Source of the DNA: an uncultured delta proteobacterium
GTDB lineage: Bacteria; Myxococcota_A; Polyangia; Polyangiales; Polyangiaceae
Assembly: GCA_963782055.1 (NCBI GenBank)
Contig: CAWAIF010000002.1
Location: 96,001 to 160,000, forward strand
Direction of reading: 5' to 3'
DNA length: 64,000 bases
Shown: positions 1 to 8,405 of the stretch, piece by piece
Position numbering within the stretch: position 1 is the first letter of the stretch
Layout: every line of letters begins with the position of its first letter
Notes under the pieces: generated by a model
Told to the model about the DNA's origin: nothing
Database searches by the model: none
The model's input: the letters and a program-made list of their open reading frames with translations, nothing else
Translations under genes and position numbers: made by a program

Positions 1-730
1 CCCAGTACCCGCCCCAGCCGAGCTCCTCGTAGGCCCAGAGCATGCCGAGGGTGTTGCCGATGGCGAGGAACATCCACGCGAAGAGGGTCCACTTGCGGCT
101 GGCGACGATCCACTCCGAGTCCAGCCGCCCCGTGACGAGCGCCGCCACGGCGAAGGCGAAGGGCACGGTGCACCCGACGAAGCCGGTGTAGAGGCTCGGC
201 GGGTGGATGATCATGTAGAAGTTCTGCAACAGGGGGTTGAGGCCCTCGCCGTCCACCTTGGCCCCGCCGATGCTCGTGGCGAAGGGGTTGGCGGAGAAGG
301 TCATCAGGATGCAGAAGAAGAGGACCACGGCCATCAGCGTGGCGATGATGTACGGCTGCAGCTCCAGGTACCGGTTACCCAGCCACTTCACGCACGCGCC
401 GATGTAGACGCTCAGCAGGAAGGTCCACCAGAGGAGCGAGCCGTCCTGCCCGCCCCAGAGGGCCGTGAGCAGGTAGCCGACGGACATCGACCGGTCGGAG
501 TAGTGGGAGACGTACCGGACGCGGAAGTCGTGGCTGACGAAGGCGTAGGCGAGGCAGAGCACCGCGACCGCGATGAGGCCGACCGTGCCGTACGCCCCGT
601 AACGCGCGGCCTGCAGCGTGCGCACGCGGCCAGACGACCCCGCCGCCAGGGCGACGGCGAAGGTGTAGCTCGCGGCGAGCATGACGCAGAGGAGCAGCGC
701 GCTGCCGAACAGGGGGAATGTATTCCACAT
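1..730 (-). CDS. ccmF: Cytochrome c biogenesis heme lyase CcmF (5' part, runs off window start)
   Basis: Reverse strand reads MWNTFPLFG...WGGQDGSLLWW...GLNPLLQNFYMIIHPPSLY...WAYEELGWGGYW, the CcmF signatures. Not in the ORF track because it is truncated. Confidence 0.92.
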   Translation of the reverse strand, partial: MWNTFPLFGSALLLCVMLAASYTFAVALAAGSSGRVRTLQAARYGAYGTVGLIAVAVLCLAYAFVSHDFRVRYVSHYSDRSMSVGYLLTALWGGQDGSLLWWTFLLSVYIGACVKWLGNRYLELQPYIIATLMAVVLFFCILMTFSANPFATSIGGAKVDGEGLNPLLQNFYMIIHPPSLYTGFVGCTVPFAFAVAALVTGRLDSEWIVASRKWTLFAWMFLAIGNTLGMLWAYEELGWGGYW

Positions 731-781
731 GAGTTGGGGGGACCTCGGGTGGGGAGTGTAGCTCACGAAGCACGCGCTACA

Positions 782-1330
782 ATGCGCGCGGTGCGGTTGA
801 TCGGACTCTTCTTTCTGGCGTGCACGGCGTGCGGCGCGAGCACGCGCGCGCTGCCCGACGACGTGATGCCTCTGCCCGGCTCGAGCGCTGCGCCGCTGCC
901 CGTGCTCGCCACGGCAGAGCGTCCCGACGCGGGCGGAGGCCGTATCGCCGAGCTCTCCGACTCCGCCGATGAGCCCGCGCCGCGCTGCGCGGCTCGTGTG
1001 CGGCGTCTTGCCGCGGACCACGTGGTGGTGGGGCGGAGCATGCTCTCTCTCCTCCGTCGCGAGCGCAGCGCCTCGATGGGCCCCCGCGTCGACCCGAAGA
1101 CGCAGCAGATCGACGGGCTGCTCATCGAGTCGCTGGAGCCCGGCTCGTGCCTGGTGGCGCTCGGCTTCCTGCCGGGGGACGTGCTGGTGTCCCTCAACGG
1201 GATCCCCATCGACGGCGTGCCCTCGCTCATGCGAGCGTACGCGTCCGTGCAGAAGGACGGGTCGGCGCTGGTGACGCTGGAGCGGCGCGGGACCACCCTG
1301 CGCGTGCTGTACGAGATCGACTCTCGGTGA
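782..1330 (+). CDS. Putative lipoprotein with C-terminal PDZ domain (GspC-PDZ-like)
   Basis: Signal/lipobox-like LACTAC, then PDZ-like GLLIESLEPGS..LGFLPGDVLVSLNG..VTLERRG. Confidence 0.6.
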   Translation: MRAVRLIGLFFLACTACGASTRALPDDVMPLPGSSAAPLPVLATAERPDAGGGRIAELSDSADEPAPRCAARVRRLAADHVVVGRSMLSLLRRERSASMGPRVDPKTQQIDGLLIESLEPGSCLVALGFLPGDVLVSLNGIPIDGVPSLMRAYASVQKDGSALVTLERRGTTLRVLYEIDSR

Positions 1331-2304
1331 CCGCGCCCTCCCTCGCATCCTCCCCCGCGCGCCCGGCGGGCGCGTACCGGACCCACCTCGCGCTGGCGGT
1401 GGTGCAGATCGCCTTCGCGTCGCAGGCCGTGGAGGGCAAGATCGTGATGTCGCCGAGCGCGCTCGGCGGCGAGGCGGTGGCGCCGGTCGCGCTGGCGATG
1501 ACGCGGATGGCGGGCGCCGCGCTCTTCTTCCTCGTGGTCACGCGCGTGGCGCGTCCCGGTCGCGCGGCGAGCTGGCGGACGCGTACCCCGACGACGGCGC
1601 GCGATCACCTGGCGCTCGCCGGGCTGAGCGTGCTGGGCATCGTGCTCAACCAGACGCTCTTCTTGCTGGGGCTGCGGCTCACCACGCCGGTCTCCGCGGC
1701 GCTGCTCTCGGTCACCATCCCGGTCTTCACCGCGGCGCTCGCGGTGCTCTCGCGCGTGGAGCGGCCGAGCGCGCGGCTGGGCGTCGGTCTGGTGCTCGCG
1801 CTCTTTGGGGTGCTCTGGCTCGTCGGCGTGCGGTCCGTCGATCGCGGCGCGCTGCTCGTGAGCATCAACGCCGTCTGCTACTCGACGTACATCGTCTCGG
1901 CGCGCTCGGTGATCCGGCGGCTGGGCGCGCTCACTGTCGTCACGTGGATCTTCGTGTGGGGGGCGCTCCTGTTCGCGCCCGTCGGGGCGCCGGCGCTCGT
2001 GCGCGACGTGGTCCACTGGTCGCCGCGCGCGTGGGCGTTCGTGGCGTACATCCTGCTGATGCCGACGATCGTCGCTTACTCGTGCAACGCGTGGGCGCTC
2101 GGGCGATCGTCCCCCACGCTGGTGACCATCTACATCTACGCGCAGCCGGTGCTCGCCGCGCTGCTCGCGTGGGTGCAGCTCGGGCAGCCGCTCTCGGCGC
2201 GCCTCGCCTTCGCCGCGGCGCTCATCCTGGCCGGGGTGGGCGTGGTGGCGACGCGGCCCGCTAGGGCTTCGTCGCCTTCGCCTCGAACGTCGCCTCGCGG
2301 ATGA
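1327..2304 (+). CDS. EamA/DMT family transporter
   Basis: About 10 hydrophobic segments in two repeats; GTGA overlap with the upstream stop. Confidence 0.85.
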   Translation: MTAPSLASSPARPAGAYRTHLALAVVQIAFASQAVEGKIVMSPSALGGEAVAPVALAMTRMAGAALFFLVVTRVARPGRAASWRTRTPTTARDHLALAGLSVLGIVLNQTLFLLGLRLTTPVSAALLSVTIPVFTAALAVLSRVERPSARLGVGLVLALFGVLWLVGVRSVDRGALLVSINAVCYSTYIVSARSVIRRLGALTVVTWIFVWGALLFAPVGAPALVRDVVHWSPRAWAFVAYILLMPTIVAYSCNAWALGRSSPTLVTIYIYAQPVLAALLAWVQLGQPLSARLAFAAALILAGVGVVATRPARASSPSPRTSPRG

Positions 2305-2779
2305 TCTGCGCCTGGTACGCCGAGAGGTGCATGGTGCCCTGCACGGTGCCGGCGTCGTCCAGCGTGCCCACGCCGGTGCCGGTGACGCCCTTGTCCTCCG
2401 GGTCCTTGCGGATCACGCTGAAGGTGACGTCGGGGCCGCGGACGATCCCGCGCAGCAGGACGGGGCCGAGCGGGCCCTCCCCCTCGCCGGAGAGGGTTCC
2501 GGCGTCGGGCCCCACGGTGAAGTGGAGCTTGCCCGCGCCGAGCGCATCGCCCGCGTCGTCGCCGCGGAACTTCACGCCGGACCACGCCGAGCCGTCGGGG
2601 ACGTAGAAGGTGGCGTGCTTGGACGTGTAGGTGCCGGCGTAGGTCTTCGGCCCGGGCGGGGGCTCGGGCGCGGCGGACGCCGACGCCGACGCCGCGGGCG
2701 CGGGGGGCGGCGTCTTCTTGTCGCACCCGAGGGCGAGCGCGAGGAGCGCGGCGAGGACGAGCGGCGCGCGCGAGGTCAC
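2261..2779 (-). CDS. Hypothetical lipoprotein
   Basis: Lipobox LALGC, Pro/Ala linker and beta-rich domain; coupled to the upstream gene by a GTGA overlap. Confidence 0.7.
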   Translation of the reverse strand: MTSRAPLVLAALLALALGCDKKTPPPAPAASASASAAPEPPPGPKTYAGTYTSKHATFYVPDGSAWSGVKFRGDDAGDALGAGKLHFTVGPDAGTLSGEGEGPLGPVLLRGIVRGPDVTFSVIRKDPEDKGVTGTGVGTLDDAGTVQGTMHLSAYQAQIIREATFEAKATKP

Positions 2780-3906
2780 GAGCTCGCCCCGGCGCGGGAG
2801 ACGACGCGGACCGCCACCTCGCCCTCCACGTCCACCAGCTCACCCCGCGCGACCTCCACGCCGCCGACGCGCAGCACCACCGGCTCGCCGATGCGGCGCC
2901 CCAGCGCGATCACGTCGCCCGGCGCCATCGCCGCCCACTCGCGCGCGGACAGCTGCGCGGTGCCAATCTCGACGCGCACGAGCACCGGCACCTCGCCCAC
3001 TGCATCGAGAAGCGCGTCCTTGTCGGTCATCGCCCGGTCCTCCTCCTCGCCCTCGAGCTCCGCGAGCGGCTCGGTGCCGTCCCCTAGCACGAGTCGGCCG
3101 TCCTCGCCGAGCCGCGCGCGCAGGCCGCGGTCGGATGTGGGCGCCGCGAGCAGGACGTCACCGGTCCAGCCCGCCTCGCCGCGCGCGACCCCGCCGCCGA
3201 TGACCAGGGCGTCGCCGGGGGCCAGCGCGGCGAGCTCCGCCGCCGGAAGGGAGGTCACGGCCCCGACCACAGTCAGCCCGAGCGGGAGCTCGCCGAGCGC
3301 CTCGAGCGTCGCGGCGTCGAAGTCCGGCGGCGGCGACTCGCGGAGCGCCTCGCGCGGGACCACGGCGTGCGCGAGGTAGGCGTCGTGGTCCACGACGACG
3401 GTGAACGTCGCGCACGCCGGCGCGGGATCCAGCACGAGCACGTCGGCGAGCAGCCGCGCGCCGGCGCTCGCCGCGAGCACGGTCAGCGGGGCCTCGGCGC
3501 CGCGGCGCGCCGCGGCCACCAGCACCGCGGCGGCGGCCCCGGCGAGGGCGGGGGCGTGCTCCCTCGACGCGTCCACCACCCGCGGGGAGCTCCGCTTGAG
3601 CGCGCGGGCGACGAGCGCGGCGGCGAGCGCGCCCTCCATCACCACCAGCATGCCCTGCCGAGCCTCCGGCCGCTCCGCCGGGGCGAGCATCGCCCCCACG
3701 GCGTCGGCGTCCAGTCGCGGGGGGCCGGCGGTGACGCCACGGAGGCGCACCTGCACCTCCGCGCCGAGCAGGTCGGCGAGCGCCTGCCGCGCGGACGAAG
3801 GCCGCACGGCGCGTGCGGCGAGGCGGCGCAGAGCGGCGAGCACCGGGACATCGGTGCGCCGCAGCGAATCCAGGGAGGCCCAGGGGAAGGGAGAGGCTGG
3901 GCTCAT
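2776..3906 (-). CDS. SctQ/YscQ-HrcQ or FliM/FliN-family C-ring-like protein (two SpoA domains)
   Basis: C-terminal SpoA motif VPVLVRVEIG..LAPGDVI..VVLRVGGVEVARGELVDVEGEVAVRV plus an upstream SpoA-like repeat (ELAALAPGDALV). Start chosen at MSPASPFPW. Confidence 0.8.
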   Translation of the reverse strand: MSPASPFPWASLDSLRRTDVPVLAALRRLAARAVRPSSARQALADLLGAEVQVRLRGVTAGPPRLDADAVGAMLAPAERPEARQGMLVVMEGALAAALVARALKRSSPRVVDASREHAPALAGAAAAVLVAAARRGAEAPLTVLAASAGARLLADVLVLDPAPACATFTVVVDHDAYLAHAVVPREALRESPPPDFDAATLEALGELPLGLTVVGAVTSLPAAELAALAPGDALVIGGGVARGEAGWTGDVLLAAPTSDRGLRARLGEDGRLVLGDGTEPLAELEGEEEDRAMTDKDALLDAVGEVPVLVRVEIGTAQLSAREWAAMAPGDVIALGRRIGEPVVLRVGGVEVARGELVDVEGEVAVRVVSRAGASS

Positions 3907-4006
3907 ACGACCTTCCGGCGTGTCACCGCTCGACAGTAGATCATGGCGCTGCGCCCGGCGAGGGCGCGGTTGAGGCGCGGCTCCGGGGTCTGGTACGCTT
4001 CGGGCC

Positions 4007-4639
4007 ATGAGGCTGCGCCCCACCCTGGTCTTGCTCGCGGGCACCGCCGCCGCGGCGCTGCTCGTCTCCACGGCGTACGCGGCCAAGCCGAAGCCGAAGG
4101 CCAAGGCCGCCGCGCCCGCCGCGGCCGACAAGTACGACCCGGACAACCGCGCGCACATCAGCCACTTCATGGAGACGGTGGCGCAGGGCAACGCCAAGGT
4201 CGCCGCGCGAGACTTCCCCGGCGCGATCGAGCTGTACCGCAAGGCGATCCAGCTCGCGCCGAACGACCCGCTCGGTCACTACCTGCTGGGCGAGGCGCAG
4301 CTGGAGAACGGCAACATGACGGAGGCGGAGGCCTCCTGGCAGCACGCCGCCAACGCCGCCGGCAAGGACGACCCCCTCCACGCGAAGGTGCTCTTTTGCC
4401 TGGCCGATCTGCGCGAGCGCCAGAAGAAGTGGGACGACGCCAAGGCGGCGTGGCAGCAGTACGCCGACTTCGCCAAGTCGCACACCGACGCCGGGGCCTT
4501 CCCCGACTCGGCCACGCAGCGCATCGCCGCCATCGAGGCCATGCAGAAGCAGGACAAGGCGTACGAGGTGGTGCGCAAGCGCATCGCCGACGAGGAGAAG
4601 GCGGCGGCGAAGGGCGGCGCGAAGAAGGGGAAGAAGTAG
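4007..4639 (+). CDS. Secreted tetratricopeptide repeat protein
   Basis: Signal peptide ending AYA; TPR motifs (AIELYRKAIQLAPND..HYLLGEA). Confidence 0.85.
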   Translation: MRLRPTLVLLAGTAAAALLVSTAYAAKPKPKAKAAAPAAADKYDPDNRAHISHFMETVAQGNAKVAARDFPGAIELYRKAIQLAPNDPLGHYLLGEAQLENGNMTEAEASWQHAANAAGKDDPLHAKVLFCLADLRERQKKWDDAKAAWQQYADFAKSHTDAGAFPDSATQRIAAIEAMQKQDKAYEVVRKRIADEEKAAAKGGAKKGKK

Positions 4640-4640
4640 G

Positions 4641-7600
4641 TCAGCGGCCGAGGACGATCTCTCGTTCGAGGGCGGCGTCGGCTTGCTGGACGAACTTCTG
4701 GAAGGCGGCGTACTCGGCGCCGGGCTGGACACGCCCGGCGGGCAGGTCGATGACCCGGTCCAGGTGCAGCTCGTGGCCGCGCACCGCGTCCTTCACGGTG
4801 ACCACCCGCTCGCCGTTGTGCAGGTCGAGCGGCGGCAGGCTCGCCGGCATGCGCAGCGAGGCCGGCGCGACCACGTCGAAATGCGTCTCCACGTGCGAGG
4901 CCGCGCCGAGCAGCAAGGGCGTCTGCCGCGTCGGCAGGGTGGCGAGCTGCGCCAGGTGCACGCCGAAGAGCGGCTTGAGCACGACGTCCTTGCCAGTGAC
5001 CCTCGCGATGGACGGCACGTCGGCGGTGACGTGCACGACGACAGGCTCGTCCAGATCCGCCTTGTGCTCGATCTTCAGCGTGCGCACACGCGCGCCGGGG
5101 AGCGTGCCGGCGAGCAGCCGTGACTCCACGAAGGTGTGGAGCTGGCTTCCGGGCACCTTGTCCAGCACGTTGCGCATGCGGATGCCCAGCTTGCCGCTGT
5201 AGCTCTCCGAGAGGTCCACCTTCGCCGAGCCGTCCGCGGCGAGGTCGGCGCGGCCGGAGAAGGCGACGCCGTCCTGGATGCCCGCGGCGGGCGTGGTGTC
5301 ACGCGGCGTGCCTTTGATGAGGCGGATCGCCGGCTGGCCGCGCACATCCGCGGGGAGGTAGCCGAACGGCGCGAACTTGTCCGACACGGTGAGCCAGCGC
5401 GTGCCCTGCTTGCCGAGGTCCAGCCGCAGGACGAGGCTGTCGTAGTCCTCCACCTCGCTCATCTTGCCGATGGGCGGCAGCGCGAGGCGGTTCTTCACCA
5501 GCGCCAGCTCCACCGGGATGCCGAGCTCGCGCATCAGGTAGTGGAAGGCGGCCTGTCGCGAGCCGGACTTGCCGAAGATGACGCGCCGGCCGTCCTTCTC
5601 GTTGCCGTCCTGGATGTTGTCGAGCACGGCGCGGTAGACACGCTTCGCGCGGGTGGCCAGGTCCTTCGCGGGCACGCCGGCGACGAGCTTCTGCGCGTAA
5701 GCGGCGAGGCGCGGGTCGAGGGGCGTCTCGTCGCTGACCAGGTCCGCGAGGCGGAGCAGGGTATCGTCCAGGGAGATGCCCCAGCCGATGCGCACGCTGG
5801 GCAGGTACTCCTGCGCCGGCACCGAGTCGGGCTCCTCCGGCAGGGGCGGGCTCTCGTCGACGCGCCACCGGCGCTCCACGAAGGTGCCGCGCTCGCGCAT
5901 CTTCGGGGCGCCGACGCCGCCTCGCGTCTCCACCTCCAGGTGCTTGTCCTTCGGGCTGATCACCACGAACTCGCTGCGCCAGTAGCCCTTGTCCTGCTCG
6001 CGGAAGAGCCACATCGGCCCGCGGTAGCGCTTGCCGTGATCGCCCGTCGCCTGCGTGGAGGAGACGTGCTCGATCTCCAGGTAGTCACCCACCTCCAGGT
6101 TGGGCATGGTGAGCGTCGGCTTGCCCGCGACCGGCTCCGGCTCCAGCGTCGTGCCGTCCGGCTTGATGACGCGCAGCCGGAGCACCAGGCCGCTCGGCGG
6201 CTGCTGCTCCGACTCCGCGCCCACCGCCTCCTGCGACTGGATCTTGAGGATCTCGTGCTCGAGCATCTGACTGGAGCCGTCGGGGTGGATCCAGAGCGCG
6301 GAGTAGTCGAGCACGCGCGCGCTGACGCCCGCCATCTTCTTGCCCTTCTTCTCCCAGGCCTCGAACTCGCGGATGACCTTCTTGCCGTCGATGCGGTACG
6401 GCTCCAGGTCGGTCGTGCCCTCCAGCAGGTCGATGGCGTCGCGCAGATCGTCGCCGCTCGCGCCCACCTGGAGCGACTCGGCCAGGGCGCGGCGCAGCGC
6501 GTTGTCGTCGCCCGCGGCGTAGGCGCGATCGGCGAGGCGGAAGCGCGACGTCGCGTCCTTGGGGTTCTTCTTCAGCGCCTTGCGCAGCTCGGCGGCGGCC
6601 GCGCTCGGGTCGCCCGCCTTCTGCAGCACGTCGGCGATGCGGCTCGCCATCTCCTTGCGGTCCGGCCTCCGTGCCTGGATGCGCTTCAGCTCGGCGATGG
6701 CGGCCTTCCAGTCCTCCCGCGCGAGGGCGCGATCGAGCGTCACCTCCGAGTCGGCGTCCAGCGACTGCACGCGCTTGGCGACGGCGTCGGCCTCCTTCGC
6801 CGATCCGTCGGCGTCCAGGGCGTCCAGGAAGGCGCGCTGGGCGCGCACGTCGTCGGGGAAGCGCTTCACCAGATCGCGCAGCGCCGTCATGCGCTCGGCA
6901 CGCCAGCCCAGCTTGCCGTACACGCGCGCCAGCTCCTCCAGGAGCTCCGGCTCGGAGCGGAAGGAGTCGGCCAGCTTCCGCAGCGGCTCCACCGCGTCGA
7001 CCATGCCCTTCTGCTCCGAGTCGTCGAGCACCAGCCAGACGCGCGCGTACCAGAGCCTGGGGTCCTTGGCGGCGGAGCGGAGCATGCGCTCGCGCTCCCG
7101 CCGGTGGCGTGCGTCCTGCGGGTAGGCGGGATCGCTCGAGGCGTAGGAGGCGGCGGCCTCCAGCGTGGTGCCTGCGGCGTCCTTCGGCTCGGCGTACGGC
7201 TCGATGAGGACCGAGGCGACATCGTCCAGCCCCTCGACGTGGGCGAGGAAGGCGGCGACGTACGCCTCGGCGGGGCCGCTGGCCTTCTGCGCGCGCACCA
7301 TCGGGTCGAGCGCGTTGGGGTCGGGCAGCAGCTTCGGCGGGACGAGGCGGTAGGCCGAGCGCGGGTCGGTCACCGAGGTCACCGGCGCCGGGCGGCCGTC
7401 CAGGTCCAGCACGCGGATGGCCGAGCGGTCCTCCAGCGTGCGCGCGAGGATGCGGTGCCTGCCCGCGCCGAGGTGAACCGAGACGCCGAAGCGCTGCCAC
7501 ACGCCCCAGTCGCGCAGGTCGCGCGAGAGGACCTGCGTGTCGTCGACCCACACGGCCAGGCCGCCTTGCACCGCGAGGATGACGTCGCGGTCAGCGCTCA

Positions 7601-8405
7601 GGTCGAAGTAGCCCTGGATGTAGAAGACGCCGGGGGCCGTCTCCTCGGTGCCGGCGACGAGGCACCCTGTCTGCTTCGCCTTGACGACGTGCGGCGGTGC
7701 GGTGCGCGAGGGATCCGGCGGCCACGACGTGGGCCACGGCCCCGGCTGCTCGGCCGGGAAGCTGCGGCGCCTGTCCGGCGCGGTGCCGCGGCCGAAGGGG
7801 CCGGCGATCTGCAGTCCGGTGAGGCACCCGCTCGTGCGCACGACGAAGGCGTCGTACGCCTTGCCCTTGTACTCCGCGGTCCGGTACGCCTCCGACTCCA
7901 CCCAGTCGGAGAGCTCGGCGACGGCGCGCCAGCCGAGCGAGCCCGGCTGCTCCAGGAGCGACTTCACCGCGGCGCGGTGCCGGGCGTAGAGGCCGGCGAC
8001 CGAGCCGCGCAGCCCGCGCACGCGGTTGGCGGCGAGCCAGGCGTAGATGGAGGTGTCCCTCTCGGCGCTCTTGCGCGCGGCGACGAGCACCGCCATGTAC
8101 GCGTCGGCGGCGTTGGCGGGCAGGCCGTGCTCCTCCGACCAGAGGGCGCGCGCGAAGCTGGCGACCATCCCGGTGGCGTGGATCGCGTCCAGCCGGTGCA
8201 GCGCGGCGACCGCCTGCGTGGCGTCGCCGCCGGGGGCCACCTGTTCGGCCAGCGCCCAGCGGCCGACCTCCTCGCCGTCATCGGAGCTCTTGCCGGCGTC
8301 GCGCAGCGCGGTGACCGGCGTGTTCGGCGCGAGGCCCTGCGCCGCGCCGCCGCACGCGGCGACAGCGACCGCCACGGCCAGGAGGAGGAGGAAGCGGCGG
8401 ATCAC
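4641..8405 (-). CDS. Large TPR + DUF3857 + degenerate transglutaminase-like lipoprotein
   Basis: True start is probably GTG at 8405 (overlaps the upstream TGA), giving lipobox VAAC. Has TPR helices and DUF3857-like MPNLEVGDYLE; no catalytic GDC motif. Confidence 0.75.
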   Translation of the reverse strand: MIRRFLLLLAVAVAVAACGGAAQGLAPNTPVTALRDAGKSSDDGEEVGRWALAEQVAPGGDATQAVAALHRLDAIHATGMVASFARALWSEEHGLPANAADAYMAVLVAARKSAERDTSIYAWLAANRVRGLRGSVAGLYARHRAAVKSLLEQPGSLGWRAVAELSDWVESEAYRTAEYKGKAYDAFVVRTSGCLTGLQIAGPFGRGTAPDRRRSFPAEQPGPWPTSWPPDPSRTAPPHVVKAKQTGCLVAGTEETAPGVFYIQGYFDLSADRDVILAVQGGLAVWVDDTQVLSRDLRDWGVWQRFGVSVHLGAGRHRILARTLEDRSAIRVLDLDGRPAPVTSVTDPRSAYRLVPPKLLPDPNALDPMVRAQKASGPAEAYVAAFLAHVEGLDDVASVLIEPYAEPKDAAGTTLEAAASYASSDPAYPQDARHRRERERMLRSAAKDPRLWYARVWLVLDDSEQKGMVDAVEPLRKLADSFRSEPELLEELARVYGKLGWRAERMTALRDLVKRFPDDVRAQRAFLDALDADGSAKEADAVAKRVQSLDADSEVTLDRALAREDWKAAIAELKRIQARRPDRKEMASRIADVLQKAGDPSAAAAELRKALKKNPKDATSRFRLADRAYAAGDDNALRRALAESLQVGASGDDLRDAIDLLEGTTDLEPYRIDGKKVIREFEAWEKKGKKMAGVSARVLDYSALWIHPDGSSQMLEHEILKIQSQEAVGAESEQQPPSGLVLRLRVIKPDGTTLEPEPVAGKPTLTMPNLEVGDYLEIEHVSSTQATGDHGKRYRGPMWLFREQDKGYWRSEFVVISPKDKHLEVETRGGVGAPKMRERGTFVERRWRVDESPPLPEEPDSVPAQEYLPSVRIGWGISLDDTLLRLADLVSDETPLDPRLAAYAQKLVAGVPAKDLATRAKRVYRAVLDNIQDGNEKDGRRVIFGKSGSRQAAFHYLMRELGIPVELALVKNRLALPPIGKMSEVEDYDSLVLRLDLGKQGTRWLTVSDKFAPFGYLPADVRGQPAIRLIKGTPRDTTPAAGIQDGVAFSGRADLAADGSAKVDLSESYSGKLGIRMRNVLDKVPGSQLHTFVESRLLAGTLPGARVRTLKIEHKADLDEPVVVHVTADVPSIARVTGKDVVLKPLFGVHLAQLATLPTRQTPLLLGAASHVETHFDVVAPASLRMPASLPPLDLHNGERVVTVKDAVRGHELHLDRVIDLPAGRVQPGAEYAAFQKFVQQADAALEREIVLGR

